A DNA stretch of 64,000 nt from an uncultured delta proteobacterium (lineage in GTDB: Bacteria; Desulfobacterota; Desulfuromonadia; Geobacterales; DSM-12255): positions 1 through 64,000 of the forward strand of contig CAWBBV010000002.1 in assembly GCA_963787125.1 (NCBI GenBank), given 5' to 3'. The position numbers and the translations under genes were made by a program. Position 1 is the stretch's first letter. The number at the start of each line of letters is the position of its first letter. Below the pieces are notes generated by a model, which was not told where the DNA came from, made no database searches, and saw nothing but the letters and a program-made list of their open reading frames with translations. Shown piece by piece: positions 49,384 through 59,079 of the stretch.

Positions 49384-49435
49384 ATATCTGCTCATACGGA
49401 TTTATCAAGAGCTTTATATCCGGCTATGCAGATAC
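49384..49435. promoter_or_regulatory. Two putative ArsR operators in the divergent arsC/arsR spacer
   Basis: ATATCTG-N6-CGGAT and ATATCCG-N6-CAGAT imperfect palindromes. Confidence 0.55.
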
Positions 49436-49482
49436 AAGCGACTTCTTGACCATAGCCGCCATCTGCATTATAAATATCTGCC

Positions 49483-49830
49483 ATGAAACATCTTGCCCAA
49501 ACCATCAAAGCCCTGTCTGATCCGATCCGCCTGCGGATCGTCCTCCTGCTGCAAGCCGAAGGGGAGCTTTGTGTCTGCGACCTGATGGCAGTGCTCAAAC
49601 TGCCCCAGTCCACGGTATCGCGCCACCTTGCCTACCTGAAACGGAGCTGTTGGGTCGATACCCGTCGCCAGGGGCTCTGGATGTACTACACGCTCAGCAG
49701 GGAGAGCTGCTCAATCTGCACGGAAATATTGACGACACTCAGGCAGCATGCCGGCGACCTCCCTGAAGCAAGCGCCGATCGCAAGGCTCTTGCCGATTTT
49801 CTGAATATCAAACCCACGCTCTGCACTTGA
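49483..49830 (+). CDS. arsR: ArsR transcriptional repressor
   Basis: ELCVCDL As(III) site, QSTVSRHL. Confidence 0.93.
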   Translation: MKHLAQTIKALSDPIRLRIVLLLQAEGELCVCDLMAVLKLPQSTVSRHLAYLKRSCWVDTRRQGLWMYYTLSRESCSICTEILTTLRQHAGDLPEASADRKALADFLNIKPTLCT

Positions 49831-49833
49831 ACA

Positions 49834-49867
49834 AAGAAAGGCCGGTCAAAAATGACCGGCCTTTCTT
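49834..49867. terminator. Bidirectional intrinsic terminator
   Basis: AAGAAAGGCCGGTCA-AAAA-TGACCGGCCTTTCTT between convergent genes. Confidence 0.8.
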
Positions 49868-49916
49868 AACGTCAAACCTGTTGTGCATGAACGCATAATG
49901 CTCAAAACGAGGAGAA

Positions 49917-50609
49917 TTACTGCGGCTGCAGCTTCAGGATAACGGCAACCTCCTGCTGCATGTTTTTAGGGTCAATCATGGCCATCTGGAGTAATGAGCC
50001 CCAGCTCTTCAGCCCTTTTTTCACCTCAAAATAGATCTGTCTGGCCGACTGTTTCATCTTGACGGCAATCACAGTGGCAATAATCAGTTCCTGATTGGAA
50101 GCCCCCGCTTTTCGTAATGCTACCAGCTCGGCGTCAGTCAGCAAGCGCTGCTGGAGGAACAGTTCATCAACCACGGCGTCGGCCAGACGGGAAGTTGACG
50201 ACCTGGTGTTCAGGGCGCTTGCGAAGCGGCCGCCAACGGTTTTTGGGGGAATCCGCAGTGGGGCAAGGACATCCGGCCACGCTTCCTGAGTCTTTTTTGC
50301 CTGAAGCAGAGACTCCGCAGAAGTATTCCCTTTAGACGCGACCCAATAGGCAATCCAGAGATCATCAGAAGATGTTCCTTGCTGCTTTTTCATGACGATG
50401 GTTTTCTTGTCAACATTGAACATATTCGCAAAAAAGGAGTTCTGGGTTGTGGCCAGAAAGTATGGGTCGGCCAGCGCCGGCTGGGCCGGATTGAAGGAGC
50501 GATCGGTAAAGCAGTGACAGGTAATGGCAGGGATGGCCAGCACCGGCAGCGGCAGGGCGAGGAGAGCGGCAAGGCTGAGCAGACAGATTGTAGTGCTGAT
50601 ATGGCGCAT
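49917..50609 (-). CDS. Exported hypothetical protein
   Basis: Signal peptide followed by AITCHCF; 230 aa. Confidence 0.7.
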   Translation of the reverse strand: MRHISTTICLLSLAALLALPLPVLAIPAITCHCFTDRSFNPAQPALADPYFLATTQNSFFANMFNVDKKTIVMKKQQGTSSDDLWIAYWVASKGNTSAESLLQAKKTQEAWPDVLAPLRIPPKTVGGRFASALNTRSSTSRLADAVVDELFLQQRLLTDAELVALRKAGASNQELIIATVIAVKMKQSARQIYFEVKKGLKSWGSLLQMAMIDPKNMQQEVAVILKLQPQ

Positions 50610-50704
50610 AAGGCGGCCTCCGGGCAGACAGGTCTCTACAGGAAGTAATTTCCCATAGACTCGAGGCGGCAGCCTTGATGCAAATCAAAGTATTAAAAAT
50701 AGTA

Positions 50705-51415
50705 CTACTGTAGCCAGCGTCCCACGCTCCCCACCCCCTGCCATACAAACCAACCACCCACCAGGGCCACCACCAGTCCGCTGATCCGTTTGGCCCAGAG
50801 GGAGAAGTTGGCAACCCCGCGGGCCTTGACAAAGCCTTCAACAAAACCGGTGAAAGTCCCGGCCAGCAGCATCAGCAGGCAGTGACCGATGGCATAGGTG
50901 AAGAGCAGGGCAATACTGTACAGGACCTGCCCCTTACCGGCAACGACGGTCAGCAGCACCACCAGTACCGGAGTGGCACAGGGAGAGGAGACAACCCCGA
51001 AGAAAAGCCCCAAAAGAAATGAACCAAAGAGACCGCCACGCTTCGGCTTGAAATCCCGCTTTATGGGGATGTGGATCTCGTAGAGCCCCATTAACTGGCC
51101 ACCCATGAGCAGTGCTACACCTCCGGCAAACAGATACCACTTGCCGCCAAGGGTGCCGAACATGGTCCCCAGGAGGCCGGCAGCTGCACCGAAACCGGTA
51201 AAGGTCAGCGACAGACCGGTAATAAACGTCAGGGAATAACGAAAAGCTTTCCAGCGGTCACCATCGCTGTAGCCGCCGACAAAGCCGACCACCAGCGGGA
51301 TGGTCGCCAGCACACAGGGGGAGGCAGACGAAAGTACTCCGGCCAGGAAAACTGCGCCAAAGGCCAACAGCGGGTAGGCAGCAACGAGTTGCTCGAAGTT
51401 GTCGAGAAAGGTCAT
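50705..51415 (-). CDS. ccdA: CcdA/DsbD-type transmembrane disulfide electron transporter
   Basis: SPCVL and SPCATP motifs, multiple TMs. Confidence 0.85.
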   Translation of the reverse strand: MTFLDNFEQLVAAYPLLAFGAVFLAGVLSSASPCVLATIPLVVGFVGGYSDGDRWKAFRYSLTFITGLSLTFTGFGAAAGLLGTMFGTLGGKWYLFAGGVALLMGGQLMGLYEIHIPIKRDFKPKRGGLFGSFLLGLFFGVVSSPCATPVLVVLLTVVAGKGQVLYSIALLFTYAIGHCLLMLLAGTFTGFVEGFVKARGVANFSLWAKRISGLVVALVGGWFVWQGVGSVGRWLQ

Positions 51416-51789
51416 TGCAGCCCCGCCGCCTTTAACTCCTTGAGGATGTCGGTTTTATCCATGAAGCCGATATGGCGCTTGACCTCTTTCCCTTTAGCGT
51501 CAAAGAATACCTGGGTCGGGATCATCCGGATCTTGAATCTATCGGCAGCGGCGTTGTCTTCATGCACGTCGATGAACAGGACGTTGGCTTTACCCCTGTA
51601 TTCCCGGGAGAGTTTTTCCAGAATCGGTGCCATTTTCTTGCAGGGTATACAGGTTCGCGCTCCCAGGTCGATAACCGTCGGCTTGCCGGAAACCATGGCC
51701 TGATTGATCATTGCGGTTGCCGCTGAGGGGAGTTCGGCATGAGCTGTGGTCGAAGTCAGAAGCAGCAGGAAAATGATCACCGTTTTCAT
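51412..51789 (-). CDS. Exported thioredoxin
   Basis: Signal peptide, CIPC, IPT. Confidence 0.88.
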   Translation of the reverse strand: MKTVIIFLLLLTSTTAHAELPSAATAMINQAMVSGKPTVIDLGARTCIPCKKMAPILEKLSREYRGKANVLFIDVHEDNAAADRFKIRMIPTQVFFDAKGKEVKRHIGFMDKTDILKELKAAGLQ

Positions 51790-52016
51790 GGCAGCAATCC
51801 CTTGATTTCTGCTGCCGAAGCGACCTTGCCGGAGAATTTCACCTGACCATCGATCACCAGGGCCGGGGTGCTCATAACACCATATTTCATGATGGAGGGG
51901 ATGTCCTCCACTTTGATAACCTCTGCTGACTTGCCGCTCTCTGCCAGGGCCTTTTTGGTGTTTTCATAAAGCGTCTTACATTTTGCACAACCGCTGCCGA
52001 GGACTTCGATCTTCAT
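51786..52016 (-). CDS. Small redox-active disulfide protein (thioredoxin-like)
   Basis: MKIEVLGSGCAKC, GVMSTPAL. Confidence 0.9.
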   Translation of the reverse strand: MKIEVLGSGCAKCKTLYENTKKALAESGKSAEVIKVEDIPSIMKYGVMSTPALVIDGQVKFSGKVASAAEIKGLLP

Positions 52017-52035
52017 GGCTACGTCTCCTTATCTG

Positions 52036-52686
52036 TTAGTTTTCATTGCTACAGTTGCAAGAACAGCTGAGTCCTTGTGCTTTCAGGAAAGCTTCACGCC
52101 CCTCCCTGAAACTCAGCCATGAGATCAGAATAGCACCAAGAGCATCCAAGCTGCCGATGCCGGTTAATTCATAGCCGATACTGGTGCTCATAAGCACGAC
52201 AGAGAGATAGACGCACGCTCTGGAACATGCGGCGTCAGCAAGTATCGCCTGAGAATTGAGCGCTGTCCCGACGACTGTCTTCTGCCGTATCAGAAACCAC
52301 ATGAAGGCAATGGATATGGTAGAGATGACTAAACCCCACAGGGTCGTCTCCGGCTTGTGATGCTGATAGAGATTCATTCCCGCCATCAGCAACAGTCCGG
52401 CAGTCAGAAGATAAAAGGCTCCACCGGTAATCCGCAGTGCCCGTTGTTCAAAGTCGTCGCGGGTTTCGCCTTCGTTCGACCTGATCCTGCGGAGCATATG
52501 CCAGACGCCGACTGCCGAAATCACCTCGATGAAGGAATCCACGCCGAAACCGAACAGAGCCAAAGTCTCATCAGCGGCGCCCAGCCAGACGGAGACAAGA
52601 CCTTCCAGCAGGTTATAGACGATGGTGAACAGCGCCAGATAATTGGCACGGGCGTAGAGATTCTCTTTCACGATAATTTTCTCCAT
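52036..52686 (-). CDS. Cation efflux (CDF-like) membrane protein
   Basis: YNLLEG, FGVDSFIE, multiple TMs, Cys-rich C-terminus CSCNC. Confidence 0.75.
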   Translation of the reverse strand: MEKIIVKENLYARANYLALFTIVYNLLEGLVSVWLGAADETLALFGFGVDSFIEVISAVGVWHMLRRIRSNEGETRDDFEQRALRITGGAFYLLTAGLLLMAGMNLYQHHKPETTLWGLVISTISIAFMWFLIRQKTVVGTALNSQAILADAACSRACVYLSVVLMSTSIGYELTGIGSLDALGAILISWLSFREGREAFLKAQGLSCSCNCSNEN

Positions 52687-52743
52687 TTAGCGTCCAACAT
52701 CGCTACAGCAGCGTTTTTTAGTGGACAAATCAGGTGAATCACG

Positions 52744-52789
52744 CTTCGGCTCCGCTCAGCGCGCGCCTGTTCCCTGAGCGGAGCCGAAG
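52744..52789. repeat. REP-like palindrome
   Basis: CTTCGGCTCCGCTCAG ... CTGAGCGGAGCCGAAG, 16-bp perfect arms. Confidence 0.85.
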
Positions 52790-52798
52790 GAAACTACC

Positions 52799-53746
52799 TC
52801 ACAAAATGGCGTTGAACAGATAGCCGACAATGACAATCGCCGTGGCAACAATGCCAAAAAAAGTCGCCAGCAGCGGTCTCTTCAGCACGTTGCTGAGGAT
52901 GATCGCCTCCGGAAAAGAGAGCGCGGTGACCGCCATCATGAAAGCCAGCACCGTGCCGATTGCCATCCCCTTTTCCATCAGGGCGTGCACAATGGGGATC
53001 ACCCCGGCGGCGTTACTGTAAAGCGGCACGCCCAGAGCCACTGCCAATGGCACGGCAAAGAAATTGTCCCGCCCGGCCCAGCGTGCCAGAAAGTCTGTCG
53101 GCACGTAGCCATGGATGAAGGCGCCCAGGCCGACACCGACGACCACATAGGGCCAGATCTTTTTCAAAAGACCCAGAGTGTATTCACGGGCATAATCCAG
53201 TTTCTCCCGCCAGGTCATGGTCTTGATCTCACTGCTGCCGACCTGCATCTCCCAGACATAGTCCTGAACATATTTTTCCATTTTCAGCTTGCCGATGATA
53301 ATGCCGGCAATAATCGCCACCAAGAGGCCGGAGCCAATGTAGATCAGGGCAATCTTCCAGCCGAACAGCCCCCAGAGCATGATCAGCGCCACCTCGTTCA
53401 CCATTGGCGAGGAGATCAGGAAGGAGAAGGTGACCCCAAGAGGAACGCCGGACTCGACAAAGCCGATGAACAGCGGCACCGCCGAACAGGAGCAAAAAGG
53501 GGTAACAATGCCGAGCAGGGCGGCCAGGACGTTGCCAACATATTCCCGCTTGCGTGAAAGCAAGCGCTTGGTCTTTTCGGGAGGAAAGGACGACCGGATG
53601 ATTGCCACTGCGAAGATAATGGTAGTGAGCAATAGGAAAATCTTGAGCGTATCGTAGATGAAGAAATTAAGCGCTTCACCGCCGCGACTGCCGGGGGCAA
53701 GTCCCCCAAGAGTGAAGACAAGATAATCTGCCAGTGACTTCAGCAT
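52799..53746 (-). CDS. ArsP/DUF318-family permease
   Basis: PFCSCSAVP, GVPLYSN, ALSFPE. Confidence 0.88.
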   Translation of the reverse strand: MLKSLADYLVFTLGGLAPGSRGGEALNFFIYDTLKIFLLLTTIIFAVAIIRSSFPPEKTKRLLSRKREYVGNVLAALLGIVTPFCSCSAVPLFIGFVESGVPLGVTFSFLISSPMVNEVALIMLWGLFGWKIALIYIGSGLLVAIIAGIIIGKLKMEKYVQDYVWEMQVGSSEIKTMTWREKLDYAREYTLGLLKKIWPYVVVGVGLGAFIHGYVPTDFLARWAGRDNFFAVPLAVALGVPLYSNAAGVIPIVHALMEKGMAIGTVLAFMMAVTALSFPEAIILSNVLKRPLLATFFGIVATAIVIVGYLFNAIL

Positions 53747-53747
53747 G

Positions 53748-54071
53748 TCAGACCCTCTTCGCCGAATTGATTATGCCGGTTCTAACCGTTAGCTCGCACT
53801 TAACGATCTCTTCAGCCCGATCAATAATTTCAAACACTTCAGAATGCTTGACCTCATAATAGATTTTTACCCCCTCCTTGCGCCGGGCAAGGATGCCGTG
53901 GGTCTGCATGTAGGAAAGATGGCGGGAAGTATTGGACTGTTCCTCGTCAATAGCGGGAAAAATCTCGCAGACGCAGCGCTCGCCGTTGCGGAGGAAATCG
54001 ATTATTTTAAGGCGGGTTGGCTGGGCCAGGGATTTCAGAACATCGGCAAGAAAATTGGCTGCTGAACTCAT
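53748..54071 (-). CDS. ArsR/SmtB-family repressor
   Basis: ERCVCEI, QSNTSRHL; ATG 54071 has a GGAG RBS. Confidence 0.9.
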   Translation of the reverse strand: MSSAANFLADVLKSLAQPTRLKIIDFLRNGERCVCEIFPAIDEEQSNTSRHLSYMQTHGILARRKEGVKIYYEVKHSEVFEIIDRAEEIVKCELTVRTGIINSAKRV

Positions 54072-54077
54072 GGGACA

Positions 54078-54117
54078 CTCCATTGATATATGACTATATA
54101 ATCATATATCAATGGAG
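54078..54117. promoter_or_regulatory. Perfect 16-bp inverted repeat, putative ArsR/SmtB operator
   Basis: CTCCATTGATATATGA-N8-TCATATATCAATGGAG. Confidence 0.75.
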
Positions 54118-54145
54118 ACGGGGATTGTCAATGGGTAGATGGTTT

Positions 54146-55036
54146 TTAGTCTGAGATCGGCAGCAGGAAGCGACCGATATAGTTCTTGGCAAACTGGTAA
54201 GCAGTCCGGCCACAGCGTTTGCTTTTGTCGTGGGACCACTTGATTGCCTCACTCTCCAGCTCACTGGTGATAGGAATCTCCACCCCGCGCTCACGCGCTT
54301 CCCTGGTTATGGAGAGGCGCACCGCGTCCATATAGCGGTCCTGGGAAAAGGCGTAAAAGGCTACCCAGAGACCAAAACGGTCGGAGAGGGAAACCTTCTC
54401 TTCCATGGCTTCGCTCTGCTGCATTTCGCCGTTGACGAATTTCCCCCCCAAATGGTCAGTTTCATACTCGGGGAGCAGATGGCGGCGGTTGGAGGTGACG
54501 TATATCAGCACGTTTTCCGGTGGTGAGTAGACCGAACCGTCCAGGGCGCTCTTCAGCATCTTGTAGGATAGTTCCCCGACTTCAAAAGTCAGATCGTCGC
54601 AGAGAAGGATAAAGCGGTAGGGCTGGTCTTCGACGGAGTTGAAGATCTCCGACAGATAGATCAGATCCTCTTTCTCAATCTGGATAATCCTCAAGCCTTT
54701 TTTGGCATAGGTGTTCAGGAGAGCTTTTACTATAGAAGACTTGCCGGAACCACGGGAGCCCCAGAGAAGAGCATTGTTTGCCGGCAGTCCGGCCAGGAAC
54801 TGGCGGGTGTTATGAATCATCACCTTTTTTTGTTCTTCCACTCCCAGAAGCTCATCCATGGTGGTGGTATCGGTCACCTTGACCGGCTCCAGATAACCGG
54901 AGAAGGAGTGACGCCGCCAGTTGGCAGCGTAACAGCTGGACCAGTCAACCGGTTTGACAAGTTTGGGGAGGAGCATCTCTACGGAACTTAAGACACGCTC
55001 CAGACGAGCAACAACATCGGGCTTCAGGTTGAACAT
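54146..55036 (-). CDS. DUF815-type AAA+ ATPase
   Basis: NNALLWGSRGSGKSS, CDDLTFE, TSNRRHL, SLSDRFGL. Confidence 0.9.
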   Translation of the reverse strand: MFNLKPDVVARLERVLSSVEMLLPKLVKPVDWSSCYAANWRRHSFSGYLEPVKVTDTTTMDELLGVEEQKKVMIHNTRQFLAGLPANNALLWGSRGSGKSSIVKALLNTYAKKGLRIIQIEKEDLIYLSEIFNSVEDQPYRFILLCDDLTFEVGELSYKMLKSALDGSVYSPPENVLIYVTSNRRHLLPEYETDHLGGKFVNGEMQQSEAMEEKVSLSDRFGLWVAFYAFSQDRYMDAVRLSITREARERGVEIPITSELESEAIKWSHDKSKRCGRTAYQFAKNYIGRFLLPISD

Positions 55037-55247
55037 TGAATTTTCTCTCTTTAATTTAGAATTATGGCTTGGGAAAGGGAGGTCGCGAGGGTATTCCGGA
55101 TGAGCCGCTACAAGTTTGCAGAAGTGAATATATACGCTATTCGGCAACAGCTTGTCAAACTGGAAAGCGTTTGAATCCGGCAGGTTAAACAATCATCATC
55201 TTGTGATGGCCTGGATGCTGGCTGGCTGCTTGCCCGAAAAATCCTTC

Positions 55248-55277
55248 ATAATGACGTAATGTATTGCATGTCATTAT
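55248..55277. promoter_or_regulatory. Putative toxin-antitoxin autoregulatory operator
   Basis: ATAATGAC ... GTCATTAT inverted repeat just upstream of the antitoxin gene. Confidence 0.55.
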
Positions 55278-55311
55278 AGTCTGGCATAAAATATATGGCA
55301 GGAGGTGTGCC

Positions 55312-55581
55312 ATGAAAACTGCTGTAGCGCATAATTTCCACGTCCCCTTGCCCGCCGGTGTATACAGTCGCCTGAGGTCAGAGGCAGAACGTCAACACAA
55401 ACCTGCCACGCAAATAGTGAAGCAGGTCGTTGAAGACTGGCTTGATGAGCAGGAAAAACTGATCCTGCATGAAGAGATTGCACGTTATGCCGCGGAAGAG
55501 GCTGGAACCGGCGATGATCTGGACGAACAGCTGGAAGCTACAGGCCTGGAACATGTTAATATCAGCGAGAAGCAGCCATGA
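55312..55581 (+). CDS. Putative RHH-type antitoxin
   Basis: AGGAGG RBS, acidic C-terminus, ATGA overlap with the toxin gene. Confidence 0.75.
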   Translation: MKTAVAHNFHVPLPAGVYSRLRSEAERQHKPATQIVKQVVEDWLDEQEKLILHEEIARYAAEEAGTGDDLDEQLEATGLEHVNISEKQP

Positions 55582-55934
55582 AGCGGGGTGACATCTATTG
55601 GGCCATGCTTTCACCCCGTTCCGGTTCAGAGCAGAGTGGCCGCAGACCTGTCATAATCCTTTCCCACGATGCATTCAATCAGGCACCTGCCTGGCGTTCC
55701 ATTATAGTTGTGCCTCTTTCGACCTCGGCTACACAGGCGCGGCGCGGTCCGACCGTGGTTGCACTAGCTGCCGGTACGGGCGGACTGCCCGGCGAAAGCA
55801 GTGCGCTCTGCCACCAGATCACTACCGTTGACAGGGCAAAGTTGACAGAGAAAATAGGCGCACTTTCAGCGGACATAATGGCCATGGTAGAGCAGGCGCT
55901 ACTTGCAGCAGTGGATATTAGAAAAGGTGGCTGA
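55578..55934 (+). CDS. PemK/MazF-family toxin
   Basis: MKRGDIYW...GSEQSGRRPVIILS. Confidence 0.92.
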   Translation: MKRGDIYWAMLSPRSGSEQSGRRPVIILSHDAFNQAPAWRSIIVVPLSTSATQARRGPTVVALAAGTGGLPGESSALCHQITTVDRAKLTEKIGALSADIMAMVEQALLAAVDIRKGG

Positions 55935-55984
55935 AGATATCTGGAGTCAGCCGTAATACCCGATAATATGTACCCGATTAAATG

Positions 55985-56021
55985 AAAAGCCCTGTCAGAT
56001 AAGTTCTGGCGGGGCTTTTTT
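55985..56021. terminator. Intrinsic terminator between convergent genes
   Basis: AAAAGCCCTGTCAG...CTGGCGGGGCTTTTTT. Confidence 0.7.
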
Positions 56022-56039
56022 GTTCTATTTATTCGATTT

Positions 56040-56381
56040 TCAATCGTTATGCCGGGTGGCATTGGTGGTTATCTTTAGGATGCTTTCCTGAATTTCCTTG
56101 TTGGGGATGGCACGGTAGGAGTCGAGGAGTAGTTTTTCGGAAGTATTCAGTGGCAACACTTCTTCACCAGTCATAAAGAATTCCTGGACTGGCACGGAGA
56201 GGGCGTTTGCCAGCAGTTGCAGTTTTTCCGTGTCTATTCCATCTATCCCGTATTCGTACTTCTGCAGCTGATTTCTTGATACTCCGATGACTTCAGCAAG
56301 GCTTTCTTGCGTGAAACCTGCCTGTTTTCGCAGGTTCTTAAGCTTTTCACCAATTTCAATATTTGAAAGGATCTTTACCAT
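56040..56381 (-). CDS. XRE-family HTH regulator
   Basis: IGEKLKNLRK...TQESLAE...QKYE. Confidence 0.88.
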   Translation of the reverse strand: MVKILSNIEIGEKLKNLRKQAGFTQESLAEVIGVSRNQLQKYEYGIDGIDTEKLQLLANALSVPVQEFFMTGEEVLPLNTSEKLLLDSYRAIPNKEIQESILKITTNATRHND

Positions 56382-56529
56382 GTGCGCCTCTTTTCGGGTG
56401 GAGCATACCCCGAGGCGCTTGCGGGCTAAACACACTAGTAAATGGCAGTATAAGCAAACTTGTAGTGTGCAATAATGGCATATCTGTGGTATCTGTTAGC
56501 GACTTACAATCCGCTGGAGATACCTCTTT

Positions 56530-59070
56530 ATGTCTGCCAAAGAAGCCACAGCCAGGATCAAGATAAACAAACTGCTGGAAGCGGCCGGCTGGCGGTTCTT
56601 TGCCGAGGGCACAGCACCGGCAAACATCCGCCTTGAGCCCGGCGTCACCCTAAAAAAGACCGATATTGACGCCCTCGGCGAGAATTTCGAGAAAGCGGCG
56701 AAGGGATTTATCGACTTCCTGCTGCTCAACGAAAAAGGCTTCCCCTTTATCGTTCTCGAAGCCAAGGCCGAAGACAAGAGCCCGCTGGTGGGCAAGGAAC
56801 AGGCGCGCAAATACGCCCGTTCCCAGAACTGCCGCTTCGTCATCCTTTCCAATGGCAACCTCCATTACTTCTGGGATCTGGAGCGGGGCAATCCCTACAT
56901 CATCACCTCCTTCCCGACACCGGAGTCCGTCACGGGGTATCAGAAAACCGTTCCCGATGCCAAGCGCCTTGTAGCTGAACTCGTTGCCGACGACTACGTC
57001 GTGCTCACCCAGCGCCCCGGTTATGCCGCCGAAGCCGCCTGGAAGAGCGAGGCCGAGCGCCCCGGCTTCATCGACGCTAACGGCCTCCGTTTCCTCCGCC
57101 CCTATCAGCTGAAAGCCATCTTCGCCCTGCAAACCGCTGTCAAGGAAGGCAAGGACCGTTTTCTCTTCGAGATGGCCACCGGCACCGGCAAGACGCTCAC
57201 TGCGGCGGCGGTTATCAAACTCTTTCTGCGCACCGGCAATTCCCGGCGGGTGCTCTTCCTTGTAGACCGGCTGGAGCTGGAAGACCAGGCCAAGAAAGCG
57301 TTCGTCAAGGTCCTTGCCAACGATTACCAGGCCGTCATCTACAAGGAAAACCGCGATGAGTGGCACCGGGCGGAAATTGTCGTCACCACCGTGCAGTCGC
57401 TCCTGTTCAACAACAAGTACCGACAGCTCTTCTCCCCCACCGACTTCGATCTGGTGATCTCCGATGAAGCGCACCGCTCCATCGGCGGCAATGCCCGCGC
57501 AGTGTTCGACTACTTCATCGGCTACAAACTGGGGCTGACCGCCACACCGCGGGATTACCTGAAGAAGTTCGACAAGGCTAAAACTACCAGTAGAGACCCG
57601 CGCGAGCTGGAACGCCGGTTGCTGCTCGACACCTACCGCACCTTCGGCTGCGATGACGGCCAGCCCACCTACCGTTACTCCCTGCTGGACGGGGTGAGGG
57701 ACGGTTTTCTCGTCAATCCAACGGTGGTGGACGCCCGCAGCGATATCACCACCCAGCTGCTGTCGGAAAATGGTTTCATCGTCGAATTCACCGACGATCA
57801 GGGAGACGATCAAAAAGAAACCTTCAAGCAGCGGGAGTTCGAGAAACGGTTCTTTGCCGAAGCAACCAACCAGCTCTTCTGCAAGACCTTTCTGGAAAAC
57901 GCCCTGCGCGATCCGGTCAGCGGTGAAATCGGCAAATCAATCGTCTTTGCAGTCAGTCAGCATCATGCCGCCAAGCTGGCGCAGATTCTCAATCAGATGG
58001 CCGACCGGATGTTTCCCGGCAGATACCAGTCCGATTTTGCCGTGCAGGTCACCTCCCAGGTGGACGGGGCGCAGCAGCACACCATCAACTTCACCAACAA
58101 CAAGCTGCTCGGCTCGGCCAACTTCCTCACTGCCTACCGGACCAGCAAGGCCCGCGTCTGCGTCACCGTCGGTATGATGACAACCGGCTACGACTGCCCC
58201 GACCTGCTCAACCTGGGGCTGTTCCGGCCGATCTTTTCCCCCACCGACTTCATCCAGATCAAGGGACGCGGCACCCGCAAACACAACTTTCTCGAAGAAC
58301 TCTTTGACGACGATGTGAAAGAGACCGTCAGGGAGCCGCGCAAAACCTCATTTAAACTGTTCGATTTCTTCGCCAACTGTGAATACTTCGAAGAAGAGTA
58401 CAACTACGACGAAGTGCTCAAGCTGCCAAAGCCGCAAGGAAAGTGGGCTGACACGGGTGGCGGCACCGGTCCGGGCGTTTCGGCCGGAACCTACGAGCAC
58501 CTCGGCGCGGATATTCTCGCCACCATCAAGGAAGCGGCCATCGGCTACGAGGGGATGAAGATCGACCGGATGTTCTACGAGAAATTCGAGGAAACCGTGC
58601 GCGAGAACCCTGTCATCGTCGAGGCTGTCGAGGCGGGCCAGTGGGACCGGGTCATCGACTATGTCAACCGGGAGGTGTTCGACAAGCCGCAGGAATATTA
58701 CACCCTGGACAAGCTCCGCCGGGCCGCTGCCGTGGACCGTCGCCTCGGCCTGCGGGAAATTCTCGAAAAGATCTTCGGGCTCATTCCCCGTTTCAAGTCC
58801 AAGGATGAACTGCTGGAAGAGGAGTTTGCCAAGTTCATCGCCGACTACAAACCGGCGGAAGCAGAGGCGATTCCGGCGCTGAAGAACTACTTCAAAGCCT
58901 ACGTCACCAATGGCAGGATCCGCTACATCATCGACAGCGGTGAGCTGACCGACCTTGCCACCAACGCCTTCTTCTCCACCCGCGATCTGCGGGCCGTGCC
59001 GCCGAAATACCGCACGCTGATCCCCGATTACATCAAGGACTATGTGCCTCTGAACCAATTCACTGCCTAA
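56530..59070 (+). CDS. hsdR: Type I restriction endonuclease subunit R
   Basis: D...LEAK nuclease motif, MATGTGKT, DEAH, LTATP, QIKGRGTR. Confidence 0.88.
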   Translation: MSAKEATARIKINKLLEAAGWRFFAEGTAPANIRLEPGVTLKKTDIDALGENFEKAAKGFIDFLLLNEKGFPFIVLEAKAEDKSPLVGKEQARKYARSQNCRFVILSNGNLHYFWDLERGNPYIITSFPTPESVTGYQKTVPDAKRLVAELVADDYVVLTQRPGYAAEAAWKSEAERPGFIDANGLRFLRPYQLKAIFALQTAVKEGKDRFLFEMATGTGKTLTAAAVIKLFLRTGNSRRVLFLVDRLELEDQAKKAFVKVLANDYQAVIYKENRDEWHRAEIVVTTVQSLLFNNKYRQLFSPTDFDLVISDEAHRSIGGNARAVFDYFIGYKLGLTATPRDYLKKFDKAKTTSRDPRELERRLLLDTYRTFGCDDGQPTYRYSLLDGVRDGFLVNPTVVDARSDITTQLLSENGFIVEFTDDQGDDQKETFKQREFEKRFFAEATNQLFCKTFLENALRDPVSGEIGKSIVFAVSQHHAAKLAQILNQMADRMFPGRYQSDFAVQVTSQVDGAQQHTINFTNNKLLGSANFLTAYRTSKARVCVTVGMMTTGYDCPDLLNLGLFRPIFSPTDFIQIKGRGTRKHNFLEELFDDDVKETVREPRKTSFKLFDFFANCEYFEEEYNYDEVLKLPKPQGKWADTGGGTGPGVSAGTYEHLGADILATIKEAAIGYEGMKIDRMFYEKFEETVRENPVIVEAVEAGQWDRVIDYVNREVFDKPQEYYTLDKLRRAAAVDRRLGLREILEKIFGLIPRFKSKDELLEEEFAKFIADYKPAEAEAIPALKNYFKAYVTNGRIRYIIDSGELTDLATNAFFSTRDLRAVPPKYRTLIPDYIKDYVPLNQFTA

Positions 59071-59079
59071 AGGAACCAG

